Of a stretch of DNA of 64,000 nt, positions 29,065 through 37,681 are shown in pieces. The notes beneath the pieces were generated by a model that was given only the letters and a program-made list of their open reading frames with translations, did no database searches and had not been told where the DNA came from. Numbering within the stretch: position 1 is the stretch's first letter; each line of letters opens with the position of its first letter. Source of the DNA: an uncultured Actinomycetes bacterium (GTDB lineage: Bacteria; Actinomycetota; Thermoleophilia; UBA2241); the NCBI GenBank assembly GCA_963709345.1, contig CAVPVX010000007.1, positions 480,001 to 544,000 on the forward strand, in the 5' to 3' direction. The translations under genes and the position numbers were made by a program.

Positions 29065-30486
29065 TCAGTCGACCCGGCGCAGGGCGTCGGCCGGACGCAG
29101 CCGTGAGGCACGCCAGCCGCCCAGTGCACCGGCGACCAGAGCGCCGGCCAGAGCCAGAGCCACGGCGATGCCGACGAGCTGCAGGCTCACGGGGGCCGTC
29201 AGGGCAACGCTGACGCTCTGGGCGGCTTCGGCAGCCCCTTCCGCGCCGGGCCCGCGCATGCCTTGAGCGGCGGACTCCACGGTCGCCTCCAGCGCGGGAG
29301 AAAGCGCGGCGATGAGCCGAGCTCCCAGGACGCCGAGAACCACGCCGAGCACGGCGCCGATGACGCCCTGCACCATGGACTCGCCGAGCACTTGGCCGAC
29401 GATGCGGCGACCCTTCCAGCCGAGAGCCTTGAGGGTGCCGAACTCACGCACCCGCCGGGAGACCGCGGACACGGTCAGCAGGCTGGCCACGGCGAAGGAG
29501 GCGACCAAGGCTGCGACGGTGAGCCACTTGCCGAGCGTATCCGCGAGGCCGGAGGCACTCGAGAGCGAGCCACTCACCTGGTCGGCGAGATCGGCCGACG
29601 TGGTGACGGTCGCCTTGGGAAGGACCTTCTCGATCTCGGCCTTCACACTCGCGATCTGGTCGGCGCTGCCCGCCTGCACATAGATCTGATTGACCTTGTC
29701 CGCGTTGTCGCTGAGTTTCTGGGCACGCGCCAAGGGGATGTAGACGTCCGACGACGTGCTTCCGCTGGGCAGGGCGACGATGCCGACGATCTCGAACTTG
29801 GTCGTGTCGATCTTCATCGTGTCGCCGACCGCCAGGGAGTTCTGCTTCGCGTAGGCCTTCGTGACCAGCGCCACCTTCGCGTTGGTCTCATCGCTGGTAA
29901 GCGTGCGACCGGAAGTGATCTGCCCGGCACTGAGAGGGCCCAACTTGAGATCCGTGACTTCCACGCCGGTGATCGAGAACGTTGAGACGTCGATGGCCGA
30001 CACGCCGGACGCGCCGCCCGCCTGTTCCTCGGCGCCGCCAGCGCCCCCGCCGCCGCCCCCGCCGCCTTCCTGGCTCGGGTCGAACTCGCCGGATACGTGG
30101 ATGGAGTTCAAGCTCAGGCTGCCGGTGACGGCATTCACGCCATCGAGCGCGGAAATGGTCGCCACCCTCTTCTCCGCGATGGCCTGCTGGCCCGGGCTGC
30201 TGGTGATCCTGGTGCGGTCGATGGTGCCGCCCTCTGTCGCGTCTCTGGGCGGCCGCATGCCCAATCGCTGGGGGCCGCCCTCATCGAGTTTGCGCTCCTG
30301 CGAGACGGTGATGTCGGTGCCGACACCGTAGAGCGATTGCAGCACCTCGTCTTGAGCGTTGCTGACACCGCCAGCGTAGGCAGTCACCGCCACGACCAGG
30401 GCCACGCCGACGGCGAGCCCCAGAGCAGTGAGCAGCGCCTGCCGATGTCGGCGGCGCAGCTCACGGAACACGTAGGTGAAGAACAT
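29065..30486 (-). CDS. ABC transporter permease (MacB/FtsX type)
   Basis: One N-terminal TM, large extracytoplasmic domain, RRVREFGTLKALGW, three C-terminal TMs, ASRLRPADALR. Confidence 0.92.
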   Translation of the reverse strand: MFFTYVFRELRRRHRQALLTALGLAVGVALVVAVTAYAGGVSNAQDEVLQSLYGVGTDITVSQERKLDEGGPQRLGMRPPRDATEGGTIDRTRITSSPGQQAIAEKRVATISALDGVNAVTGSLSLNSIHVSGEFDPSQEGGGGGGGGAGGAEEQAGGASGVSAIDVSTFSITGVEVTDLKLGPLSAGQITSGRTLTSDETNAKVALVTKAYAKQNSLAVGDTMKIDTTKFEIVGIVALPSGSTSSDVYIPLARAQKLSDNADKVNQIYVQAGSADQIASVKAEIEKVLPKATVTTSADLADQVSGSLSSASGLADTLGKWLTVAALVASFAVASLLTVSAVSRRVREFGTLKALGWKGRRIVGQVLGESMVQGVIGAVLGVVLGVLGARLIAALSPALEATVESAAQGMRGPGAEGAAEAAQSVSVALTAPVSLQLVGIAVALALAGALVAGALGGWRASRLRPADALRRVD

Positions 30487-30637
30487 CGTCCCTCCTCGTT
30501 CGCTGACGGGCGGCACGGTACGCTCCGCTCCGCCGCCACATGGCGTCCTGCCCCAGTTCTAGCGGGCGGGGCTTGGAACCGACTGAAGCCACGCTGTGAG
30601 TCGCCTGAGACCCGTCGGCGCGGCCGCCCGGCGTGAG

Positions 30638-30692
30638 CTTCAGGCGGCCTTCAGGCTCTTCTCAGGAAACGCACAGAAAAGGCGCGTACAAT
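30638..30692 (+). promoter_or_regulatory. OmpR-type direct-repeat boxes and -10 element upstream of the response regulator
   Basis: CTTCAGG, CTTCAGG, TCTCAGG, GCACAGA at 30638, 30649, 30660, 30671 (11-bp period), then TACAAT at 30687. Confidence 0.6.
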
Positions 30693-30736
30693 CGTCGCGG
30701 GGAAGAAAACGGACGGACCACCGCGGGAGGGCCACC

Positions 30737-31441
30737 ATGATCGAGACACCGGCCGGGGCGACACGGGTGCTCGTCGTCGACGACGAGGACAGCATCACCG
30801 ACCTCGTCTCGATGGCTCTGCGCTACGAGCAGTTCGCCGTGCAGGTGGCTCACAACGGCCGTGAGGCTCTCGATGCCGCGGAGGCGTTCGCGCCGGACCT
30901 GATCGTGCTCGACATCATGATGCCGGGAATCGACGGCTTCGAGGTCGCCCGGCGCCTGCGCAACAGCGGCGCCGGCACGCCCGTCCTCTTCCTCACCGCC
31001 CGTGACGCGACGGACGACAAGGTGCGCGGGCTCACGCTCGGCGGGGACGACTACATGACCAAGCCGTTCAGCGTCGAGGAGCTGGTGGCGCGCATCCGCG
31101 CGATCCTGCGGCGCGTGCAGCCGGCCTCCGCTTCGCCCGGCCGGCTCGCCTTCTCCGATCTCGAGCTCGACGAGGACACGCACGAGGTCTGGCGCGCGGG
31201 GCGCGAGATCGAGCTCACGGCGACCGAGTTCAAGCTTCTCCGCTACCTGCTCCTCAACGCGCGCCGCGTGCTGAGCAAGGACCAGATCCTCGACCACGTC
31301 TGGAACTACGACTTCGGCGGCAACGCCAACATCGTCGAGACCTACATCAGCTACCTGCGGCGCAAAGTCGACGCCGGGGGCGCCCCGCTGATCCACACCG
31401 TCCGCGGCGTGGGCTACAGCCTGCGCCTTCCCAAAGAGTGA
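30737..31441 (+). CDS. OmpR/PhoP family response regulator
   Basis: VLVVDDE, LDIMMPGIDG, FLTARD, DDYMTKPF, winged helix with IVETYISYLRRK, HTVRGVGY. Confidence 0.95.
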   Translation: MIETPAGATRVLVVDDEDSITDLVSMALRYEQFAVQVAHNGREALDAAEAFAPDLIVLDIMMPGIDGFEVARRLRNSGAGTPVLFLTARDATDDKVRGLTLGGDDYMTKPFSVEELVARIRAILRRVQPASASPGRLAFSDLELDEDTHEVWRAGREIELTATEFKLLRYLLLNARRVLSKDQILDHVWNYDFGGNANIVETYISYLRRKVDAGGAPLIHTVRGVGYSLRLPKE

Positions 31442-31451
31442 CGACGACGCC

Positions 31452-32873
31452 GTGAGCCTGCGCACCCGCCTGCTGCTGGCCGTCCTTGCCCTGGTGGCCA
31501 CCGGCTTCGTCGTGGCCGGCGCGGCCACGTACCTGTCGCTGCGCTCGTTCCTGCTGGAGCGCGTCGACCAGCAGCTGCGCGACGCGCGCGTGCCCGTCGC
31601 CAGAGCGCTCTCCAGCGGGCCCGGCAGCGCCCTGCCGTTCGACCCTACGAGGGACGGTCGCGACGGCAACCTGCCCCCCGGGACGTACGGTCAGGTCCGT
31701 GACGCGAACGGTTCCATCCTCAACACGGTGACCTTCTCCTACGGCGGCGACGAGCCGGCGCCGGTGCTGCCCGACCCGCTGCCGTCAGCGGCACGCGCCC
31801 GCGGCGGGACGATCTTCTCCGCCGGCAGCACCGCCGGCAGCGCGGCTCCGGGCTTCCGCGTGCTTGTCCAGGACGTGCCCGGCGTGCAGCGGGTGCTGGT
31901 CGTCGCGGTGCCTCTCACGGAGACCCGCCAGACGCTCACGCAGCTCATCGGCGTGGAGGTCGTGGTGCTGCTCGGCGTGCTCGCCGCGCTCGCCGTCGCC
32001 ACCTGGCTCATCATCAAGCGCGACCTTCGGCCGCTCGAGACCATGGCCGTGACCGCCGACGCCATCGCCGCCGGCGATCTGACGCGGCGCGTGCAGCCGG
32101 CCGAGCCGCGCACGGAAGTAGGGCGTCTCGGCCTCAGCCTGAACACGATGCTAGCGCGCATCGAGGAGGCGTTCGCCGAACGCGCCGCCACCGAGGACAA
32201 GCTGCGGCGCTTCCTCGCCGACGCGTCACACGAGCTGCGCACCCCGCTCACCAGCATCCGCGGGTACTCGGAGATGTTCGAGCGCGCCAAGGACGACCCC
32301 GAGGATCTCGACCTCGCGATGCGCCGCATCGAGGAGGAGAGCAAACGCATGGGCCTCATGGTCGAGGAGCTCCTCGTGCTCGCGCGGCTCGGGGAGAGTC
32401 GTGAGCCCGAGCGGGCGCCAGTGGACTTCGCGTGCGTCGTCAGCGACGCCGTGAGCGATGCGCGCGCCGCGTCGCCGCGGCGCGACATCGGGCTTGAGAC
32501 CGTTGAGACGGCCGACGTGCTCGGCGACGACCACCAACTCCGCCAGGTCGCCGCCAACCTGCTGAGCAACGCCGTGCGCCACACACCCGAGGAGGCGGCG
32601 ATCCGCGTGCGCCTGACGGCCGGCGACGGGCACGCTGCGCTCGCCGTCGCCGACGACGGCCCCGGCCTTGAGCCCGCCGTCGCCGCCAAGGTGTTCGAGC
32701 CCTTCTTCCGCGCCGACGAATCGCGCGCCCGCGAGACCGGCGGCGCCGGCCTCGGTCTCGCCATCGTCGCCGCCATCGTCGAGGCGCACGGCGGCGCCGT
32801 CCGGCTCGACACGTCACCCGGCGCCGGCGCGACGTTCACGGTCACGCTGCCGCTGCTGAGCGACCAGGCCTGA
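31452..32873 (+). CDS. HAMP-domain membrane sensor histidine kinase
   Basis: Two TMs, HAMP, ADASHELRTPL, NLLSNAVRH, DDGPG, GGAGLGLAI. Confidence 0.95.
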   Translation: MSLRTRLLLAVLALVATGFVVAGAATYLSLRSFLLERVDQQLRDARVPVARALSSGPGSALPFDPTRDGRDGNLPPGTYGQVRDANGSILNTVTFSYGGDEPAPVLPDPLPSAARARGGTIFSAGSTAGSAAPGFRVLVQDVPGVQRVLVVAVPLTETRQTLTQLIGVEVVVLLGVLAALAVATWLIIKRDLRPLETMAVTADAIAAGDLTRRVQPAEPRTEVGRLGLSLNTMLARIEEAFAERAATEDKLRRFLADASHELRTPLTSIRGYSEMFERAKDDPEDLDLAMRRIEEESKRMGLMVEELLVLARLGESREPERAPVDFACVVSDAVSDARAASPRRDIGLETVETADVLGDDHQLRQVAANLLSNAVRHTPEEAAIRVRLTAGDGHAALAVADDGPGLEPAVAAKVFEPFFRADESRARETGGAGLGLAIVAAIVEAHGGAVRLDTSPGAGATFTVTLPLLSDQA

Positions 32874-32880
32874 GCGCCGC

Positions 32881-34359
32881 TCAGCCGACGAACGCGAAAC
32901 CCCTGTCTCCGAAGAGACTGACGCAGGCCGCGGACGCGTCCGCGTCGTACCGAGTGTCGGCTCCGCCCTCGATCTCGGTGACGGCCTCTTCCAGCGGCAG
33001 AGCGGGCCGGTAGGGCCTGTGGGAGAGCATCGCCTCGCACACGTCGGCGACGGCCAGCACCCGCGCCTCCGGCAGGATCTCCTCGCCGCCCAGACCGGCC
33101 GGGTATCCCGAGCCGTCCAGGCGCTCGTGATGCTGCCGAATCGTCTCCGCGATCACACCTTGGAAGATGTCGGCGACGGTGTCGGCGCTTGCGGTCGCGT
33201 GCTGGCGAACGAGCAGCATCTCGGTGTCGGTGAGCCGGCCGGGCCGGCTGAGGATCTCGGCCGGCACGACGATCTTGCCGATGTCGTGCAGCAGCGCGGC
33301 GGTGCGCAGCGACTCGACCCGCTCCTTCGGCCAGTCGAGCTCGACGGAGATCGCGCAGGCCAGCTCCGCGACCCGGCGCTGGTGACCGGCGGTATACGGG
33401 TCGCGCAACTCAGTGGTGGCTGCGAGGGCGGCGATCGCCGCATCCAGGGTTCGCTGCAGCTGCGCGGCGCTCGCGGCGAGATCCTCCTCGGCCCGGCGGA
33501 TCGCGGTCACATCGAGTTTGACGCCGACGATGCCGATCGGCTTGCCGTCGATGTCCGAGAAGACGGCCTTGTGCGTCACCACCGATCGCACTCGCTGGTC
33601 GGGGCCGGGCACCTCCATCTCGCTCTGGAGCGGCGTGTCCGGGTGCGCCAGTAGCGCACGGTCCGAGGCTTCGAAGCGCGTGGCCAATTCGGCTGGATAG
33701 ACATCGATGGCGCTCTTCCCGACGACCTCGTCCCGGGGATGGCCCACGAACCTCGCGAAGGCCTCGTTGCAGCCCACGTACCGCAGAGCCGCATCCTTGT
33801 AGAACACCGGTGCCGGGATCGACTCGAGAAGCTCTCCGAGGAAGTGTGCGTGCTCGGCGTGGTCGCGGCTCAGCCGATCGAGGTCAAGCATCTTGTCTTC
33901 CAGCTTGCGGACGAGGGCGTCGCTGTACATCCGGTAGAACTCCGTCTCTTCTTCCGGAGGAGCCGGTGGCGCCGACGAATGGTCGCCGGGCCCCTCGCTA
34001 AGCACTTCGCTCACGACGGCGTGGAACTCCTCGCTCTCGACGGGCTTGACGATGAAGCGCGCCGCACCCATCTGCAGCGCCAGGGCCTCGTCGCGCGCAT
34101 CCGTGTAGGTGGCCGTGTAGAACACGAAGGGGACGTCGCGCAGTCGTTCGTCGCGCTTGCACTCGCGGCACAGGGCGTAGCCGTCCATCTGAGGCATGAG
34201 GATGTCGGAGATGATCAAGTCGGGGCGCGTGCGGCGTGCCAGCGCCAGCGCTTCGGCGCCGTTGGCGGCCTCGAGCACCTCAGCACCGATCGCGGTCAGC
34301 ATGGCGCGGAGCAGATAGAGATTCTCCTCGTGATCATCGACGATGAGGATCTTGCTCAT
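32881..34359 (-). CDS. REC-PAS-HD-GYP cyclic dinucleotide phosphodiesterase
   Basis: KILIVDD receiver, PAS, RDPYTAGHQRRV, LLHDIGK, HHERLDGSGYP, HRPYR. Confidence 0.92.
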   Translation of the reverse strand: MSKILIVDDHEENLYLLRAMLTAIGAEVLEAANGAEALALARRTRPDLIISDILMPQMDGYALCRECKRDERLRDVPFVFYTATYTDARDEALALQMGAARFIVKPVESEEFHAVVSEVLSEGPGDHSSAPPAPPEEETEFYRMYSDALVRKLEDKMLDLDRLSRDHAEHAHFLGELLESIPAPVFYKDAALRYVGCNEAFARFVGHPRDEVVGKSAIDVYPAELATRFEASDRALLAHPDTPLQSEMEVPGPDQRVRSVVTHKAVFSDIDGKPIGIVGVKLDVTAIRRAEEDLAASAAQLQRTLDAAIAALAATTELRDPYTAGHQRRVAELACAISVELDWPKERVESLRTAALLHDIGKIVVPAEILSRPGRLTDTEMLLVRQHATASADTVADIFQGVIAETIRQHHERLDGSGYPAGLGGEEILPEARVLAVADVCEAMLSHRPYRPALPLEEAVTEIEGGADTRYDADASAACVSLFGDRGFAFVG

Positions 34360-34366
34360 ACGCGGG

Positions 34367-34759
34367 TCACTTCTCGCCCGGCGCGGCCGGCGGATCGTCG
34401 GGCAGGAAGGACGATACTTCGGCGAGGAAGGTTTCGGGATTGATCGGCTTCTCCATGTAGCCGTTGCACCCGGCTGAGAGGATCCGCTCGCGGTCGCCGG
34501 CCATGGCGTATGAGGTGACAGCGACGATGGGCGTGCCTGCGAGTGCGGGATTGCGCCGCAGTTCGTCGGCGACCGCGTAGCCATCCATGACCGGCAGTTG
34601 GATATCCAGCAGGATCAATGCCGGCCGCAGGTCCTCGGCCAGGCGGATGCCCTGCGCACCATCGAGCGCCGCCGTCACCACATGGCCGCCCTTCTCCAGG
34701 ATGAACGCTTCCAGGTAGAGGTTCTGCTCGTTGTCTTCAATGATCAGGATGTCCGCCAC
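34367..34759 (-). CDS. Single-domain response regulator (DivK-like)
   Basis: ILIIEDN, LLDIQLPVMDG, VTSYAMAGD, YMEKPI; AAGGAG RBS before GTG. Confidence 0.92.
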   Translation of the reverse strand: MADILIIEDNEQNLYLEAFILEKGGHVVTAALDGAQGIRLAEDLRPALILLDIQLPVMDGYAVADELRRNPALAGTPIVAVTSYAMAGDRERILSAGCNGYMEKPINPETFLAEVSSFLPDDPPAAPGEK

Positions 34760-36308
34760 CGGGCCCTCCTTGTATCGACAGGGGCAAGGTGAAGGTGAAG
34801 GTGCTCCCCGCACCCCATTCGCTCTCGACACGGATTTCCCCCCCAAGCAGGCCTATGAGGTTCTTGCAGATGGCCAGGCCCAGCCCGGTGCCCTCGTGGC
34901 TCCGGTTCAGCCCGGTCTCCAGTTGCTGAAAGGGTTCGAAGAGTCGCCGGAGATCATCCGAGCGGATGCCGATGCCGGTGTCGTGCACGCCGGTCTCGAG
35001 CCACCCGTCCTGAGTCCAGCACGCCAGCCGGATCTCGCCCCGCTCGGTGAACTTGATGGCGTTGCTCAAGAGGTTGAGCAGGACTTGCTCCACCCGTCGC
35101 CGGTCGCCGGTGACGACTCCGACGTTTGGAGCGATGGCAGCGCTGAGCGTCAGGCCCTTCTTCTGCGCCTGCGGCGAGACCGCGCCCAGCGTGTCTTCAA
35201 TGGCGGCGCGCATCTCGAAGGGCTCGTGCGCCACCTCCAGCTCCCCCGCCTCGATCCTGGAGATGTCGAGCACGTCTGTGATCAGCGCAAGCAGGTGCCG
35301 GGCGCTGTCGCGCGCCATGGCCAGCTGCTTCGTCTGCTCGTCGTTGAGCGGGCCTGCCAGTCCTTGGAGCAGCACGCCGGTGAAGCCGATGATTGAGTTG
35401 AGCGGGGTCCGCAGCTCATGGGACATGGTCGCGAGAAACACCGACTTGAGGCGATCGGACTCCAGCGCCCGCAACATGGCTGCGTTCAACTCCTCCGTGC
35501 GCTGCGCCACGCGCGCCTCGAGATCGGTGTTCAGGCGACGAAGCTCCGCGTCCGTCTCGACGCGCTCCGTGATGTCGTGCACGGTGCCGATGAGATGGCG
35601 GCAGACGCCGTCCGCGTCGAGCACCGGCGTGACGGCGACCTCGCCGTACTTCTTGCCGGCCGGATACGGTGTGACTTCCTCCCAGCCGACGGTCATTCCC
35701 GTACGGATCGCTTCACGGTAGCGCCCAAGGACCAGGGCGCATGCCGGCTCCGGGATGACATCCTGGACCAGGCTGCCGACGACCTGACCCTCCGCGAGGC
35801 CGGTCGCCGTGAGAAACGCCGGGTTGACCGAGACGAAGCGAAACCGGCCGCCCGGTTCGACCGCCAGGTAGAAGACGCCATCGGAGATGTTGGCGTAGAT
35901 CAGAGAGCGCTGGCGCTCGCTCGCCTGGAGCGCTGCCTCCAGTCGCTTGCGCCCCGTGATGTCGGTGATCGTGCCCACGTAGCCGACGACCCGACGCTCG
36001 TGATCCAGCTCCGGAACCACCTGCCCCATTACCCACACAACCGTTCCGTCCGGGTGTACGAAGCGATAGTCCGCAACTGAAGCCTGTCGCAGCCGGGCGG
36101 CCTCCAGCCAGGCCTCGCGCAAGGCATCCCTGTCGTCAGGATGCACCGCGTCAAGCCATGCATCACTCCAGGCCTCGCTGGCACGAAGCCCCGAGATCTC
36201 GCACCATTTCGGGTTGACGTAATCGATGGCGCCGTCGGCGTCCGTGTGGAAGATCCCGACCGGCGTGATCCTTGTGAGGGTCTGGAGCGCTGCCTTCGTG
36301 AGAGCCAT
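34737..36308 (-). CDS. Two-PAS histidine kinase (start may be 36344)
   Basis: PAS x2, FLATMSHELRTPLNSIIG, NLLSNAIKFT, DTGIG, GTGLGLAI. Confidence 0.9.
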   Translation of the reverse strand: MALTKAALQTLTRITPVGIFHTDADGAIDYVNPKWCEISGLRASEAWSDAWLDAVHPDDRDALREAWLEAARLRQASVADYRFVHPDGTVVWVMGQVVPELDHERRVVGYVGTITDITGRKRLEAALQASERQRSLIYANISDGVFYLAVEPGGRFRFVSVNPAFLTATGLAEGQVVGSLVQDVIPEPACALVLGRYREAIRTGMTVGWEEVTPYPAGKKYGEVAVTPVLDADGVCRHLIGTVHDITERVETDAELRRLNTDLEARVAQRTEELNAAMLRALESDRLKSVFLATMSHELRTPLNSIIGFTGVLLQGLAGPLNDEQTKQLAMARDSARHLLALITDVLDISRIEAGELEVAHEPFEMRAAIEDTLGAVSPQAQKKGLTLSAAIAPNVGVVTGDRRRVEQVLLNLLSNAIKFTERGEIRLACWTQDGWLETGVHDTGIGIRSDDLRRLFEPFQQLETGLNRSHEGTGLGLAICKNLIGLLGGEIRVESEWGAGSTFTFTLPLSIQGGPGGGHPDH

Positions 36309-36367
36309 CGGGAGTCCCCCTTTCGGTTGAGGCGTCGGCTGCATCTGGGCGCGCCCCGGACGCTCCC

Positions 36368-37681
36368 CTACGCGAGAGTGAAGAAGAAGGTTGCGCCCTC
36401 TTCGGGCCTGCCTTCTGCCCAGATGCGTCCGCCGTGCTTCTCGATGATCCGCTTCACCGTTGCGAGCCCGATGCCGGTTCCCGCGAATTCCTCGTCGGAG
36501 TGGAGGCGCTGGAACGCGCGGAACATGTGCGACGCAAACTGCATGTCGAAACCTGCTCCATCATCACGGACGAAGATCGCCCGTTCGCCCTCGACGGCGA
36601 CCGTCCCGACCTCAATCGTCGCGCGGGGGTGCTTCGAGGTGAACTTCCAGGCGTTCCCAAGCAGATTCGCGAGCACGCTTTGCAGCAAGACGACATCGGC
36701 TGAGACGATGATGTCGGGTTCGATCCGCCACTCGGCCTCCCGCTCGGGCGCACCCGCGCTCAGGCCCCCGGCGACGCGCCTCGCCACCTCGGATAGGTCG
36801 ACATCCGTTTGCCGCACCTCCGCCTGCGCAACGCGTGACAACGCAAGCAGAGCATCGATCAGGCCGGCCATCATCTGGCTCGCCCTGCGGATGCGGACCA
36901 AGTGTCCCTTGCACGTCTCGTCGAGCGCGTCCCCGCAGTCCTCGAGGAGTGCGGCCGAGAAGCCGTCCAGTGCGCGCAGCGGAGCGCGCAAATCGTGGCT
37001 GACGGAGTAGGAGAAGGCTGTCAGATCCTGGTTCGCCGCCTCGAGCTGGGCCGTGCGCTCGGCGACGCGCCTCTCCAGCGTCTCGTTCAAACGGCACACC
37101 TCGGCCTCCGCCTGCTCGCGCGCGGCGATGTCCAGCTCGAGATCGCGGTTGAGGCGCTCCAGTTGCTCCATCTTGGACTCAAGCTTGCGGATGAGTGTCT
37201 CACTGTACTGCTTCAGATAGGCGTGCTCCCCTTCACCGCCTGGCTCTGCCGTGAGCGGCTCCGGCTCGCCGACCCCTGTCGCGGCCGGCACGACGAGGGG
37301 CTTCCCGACCTCCTGGATGGTCTCCCGGACGATCGCCATGAAGTCATCCGGCTCCTGCGGCTTGACAATGAAGCGCTGGGCGCCGAGGCTGAGGGCGAAC
37401 TCCCGGTCCCGCTCGTCGGTGTACGTCGCAGTGTAGAAGACGAGCGGTATCGATCCCAGGTGCGCGTCCCGCTTCCACTCGCGGCATAGGGCGAACCCGT
37501 CCATGACCGGCATGAGGATGTCGGTGATGATCATGTCCGGAGGCCGCTGCCGCGCGGCTTTGAGCGCCTCGACGCCATTGGCGGCTTCGACCACCTCGTA
37601 GCCGCTGGCCTCCAACAGGACACGCAGGAGATAGAGATTCTCCTCCCTGTCGTCCACGATCAGGATGCATTGTGCCGTCAT
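36368..37681 (-). CDS. Hybrid REC-histidine kinase
   Basis: N-terminal receiver (ILIVDD, DILMPVMDG), H-box YSVSHDLRAPL, NLLGNAWKF, GTGIGLA. Confidence 0.9.
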   Translation of the reverse strand: MTAQCILIVDDREENLYLLRVLLEASGYEVVEAANGVEALKAARQRPPDMIITDILMPVMDGFALCREWKRDAHLGSIPLVFYTATYTDERDREFALSLGAQRFIVKPQEPDDFMAIVRETIQEVGKPLVVPAATGVGEPEPLTAEPGGEGEHAYLKQYSETLIRKLESKMEQLERLNRDLELDIAAREQAEAEVCRLNETLERRVAERTAQLEAANQDLTAFSYSVSHDLRAPLRALDGFSAALLEDCGDALDETCKGHLVRIRRASQMMAGLIDALLALSRVAQAEVRQTDVDLSEVARRVAGGLSAGAPEREAEWRIEPDIIVSADVVLLQSVLANLLGNAWKFTSKHPRATIEVGTVAVEGERAIFVRDDGAGFDMQFASHMFRAFQRLHSDEEFAGTGIGLATVKRIIEKHGGRIWAEGRPEEGATFFFTLA

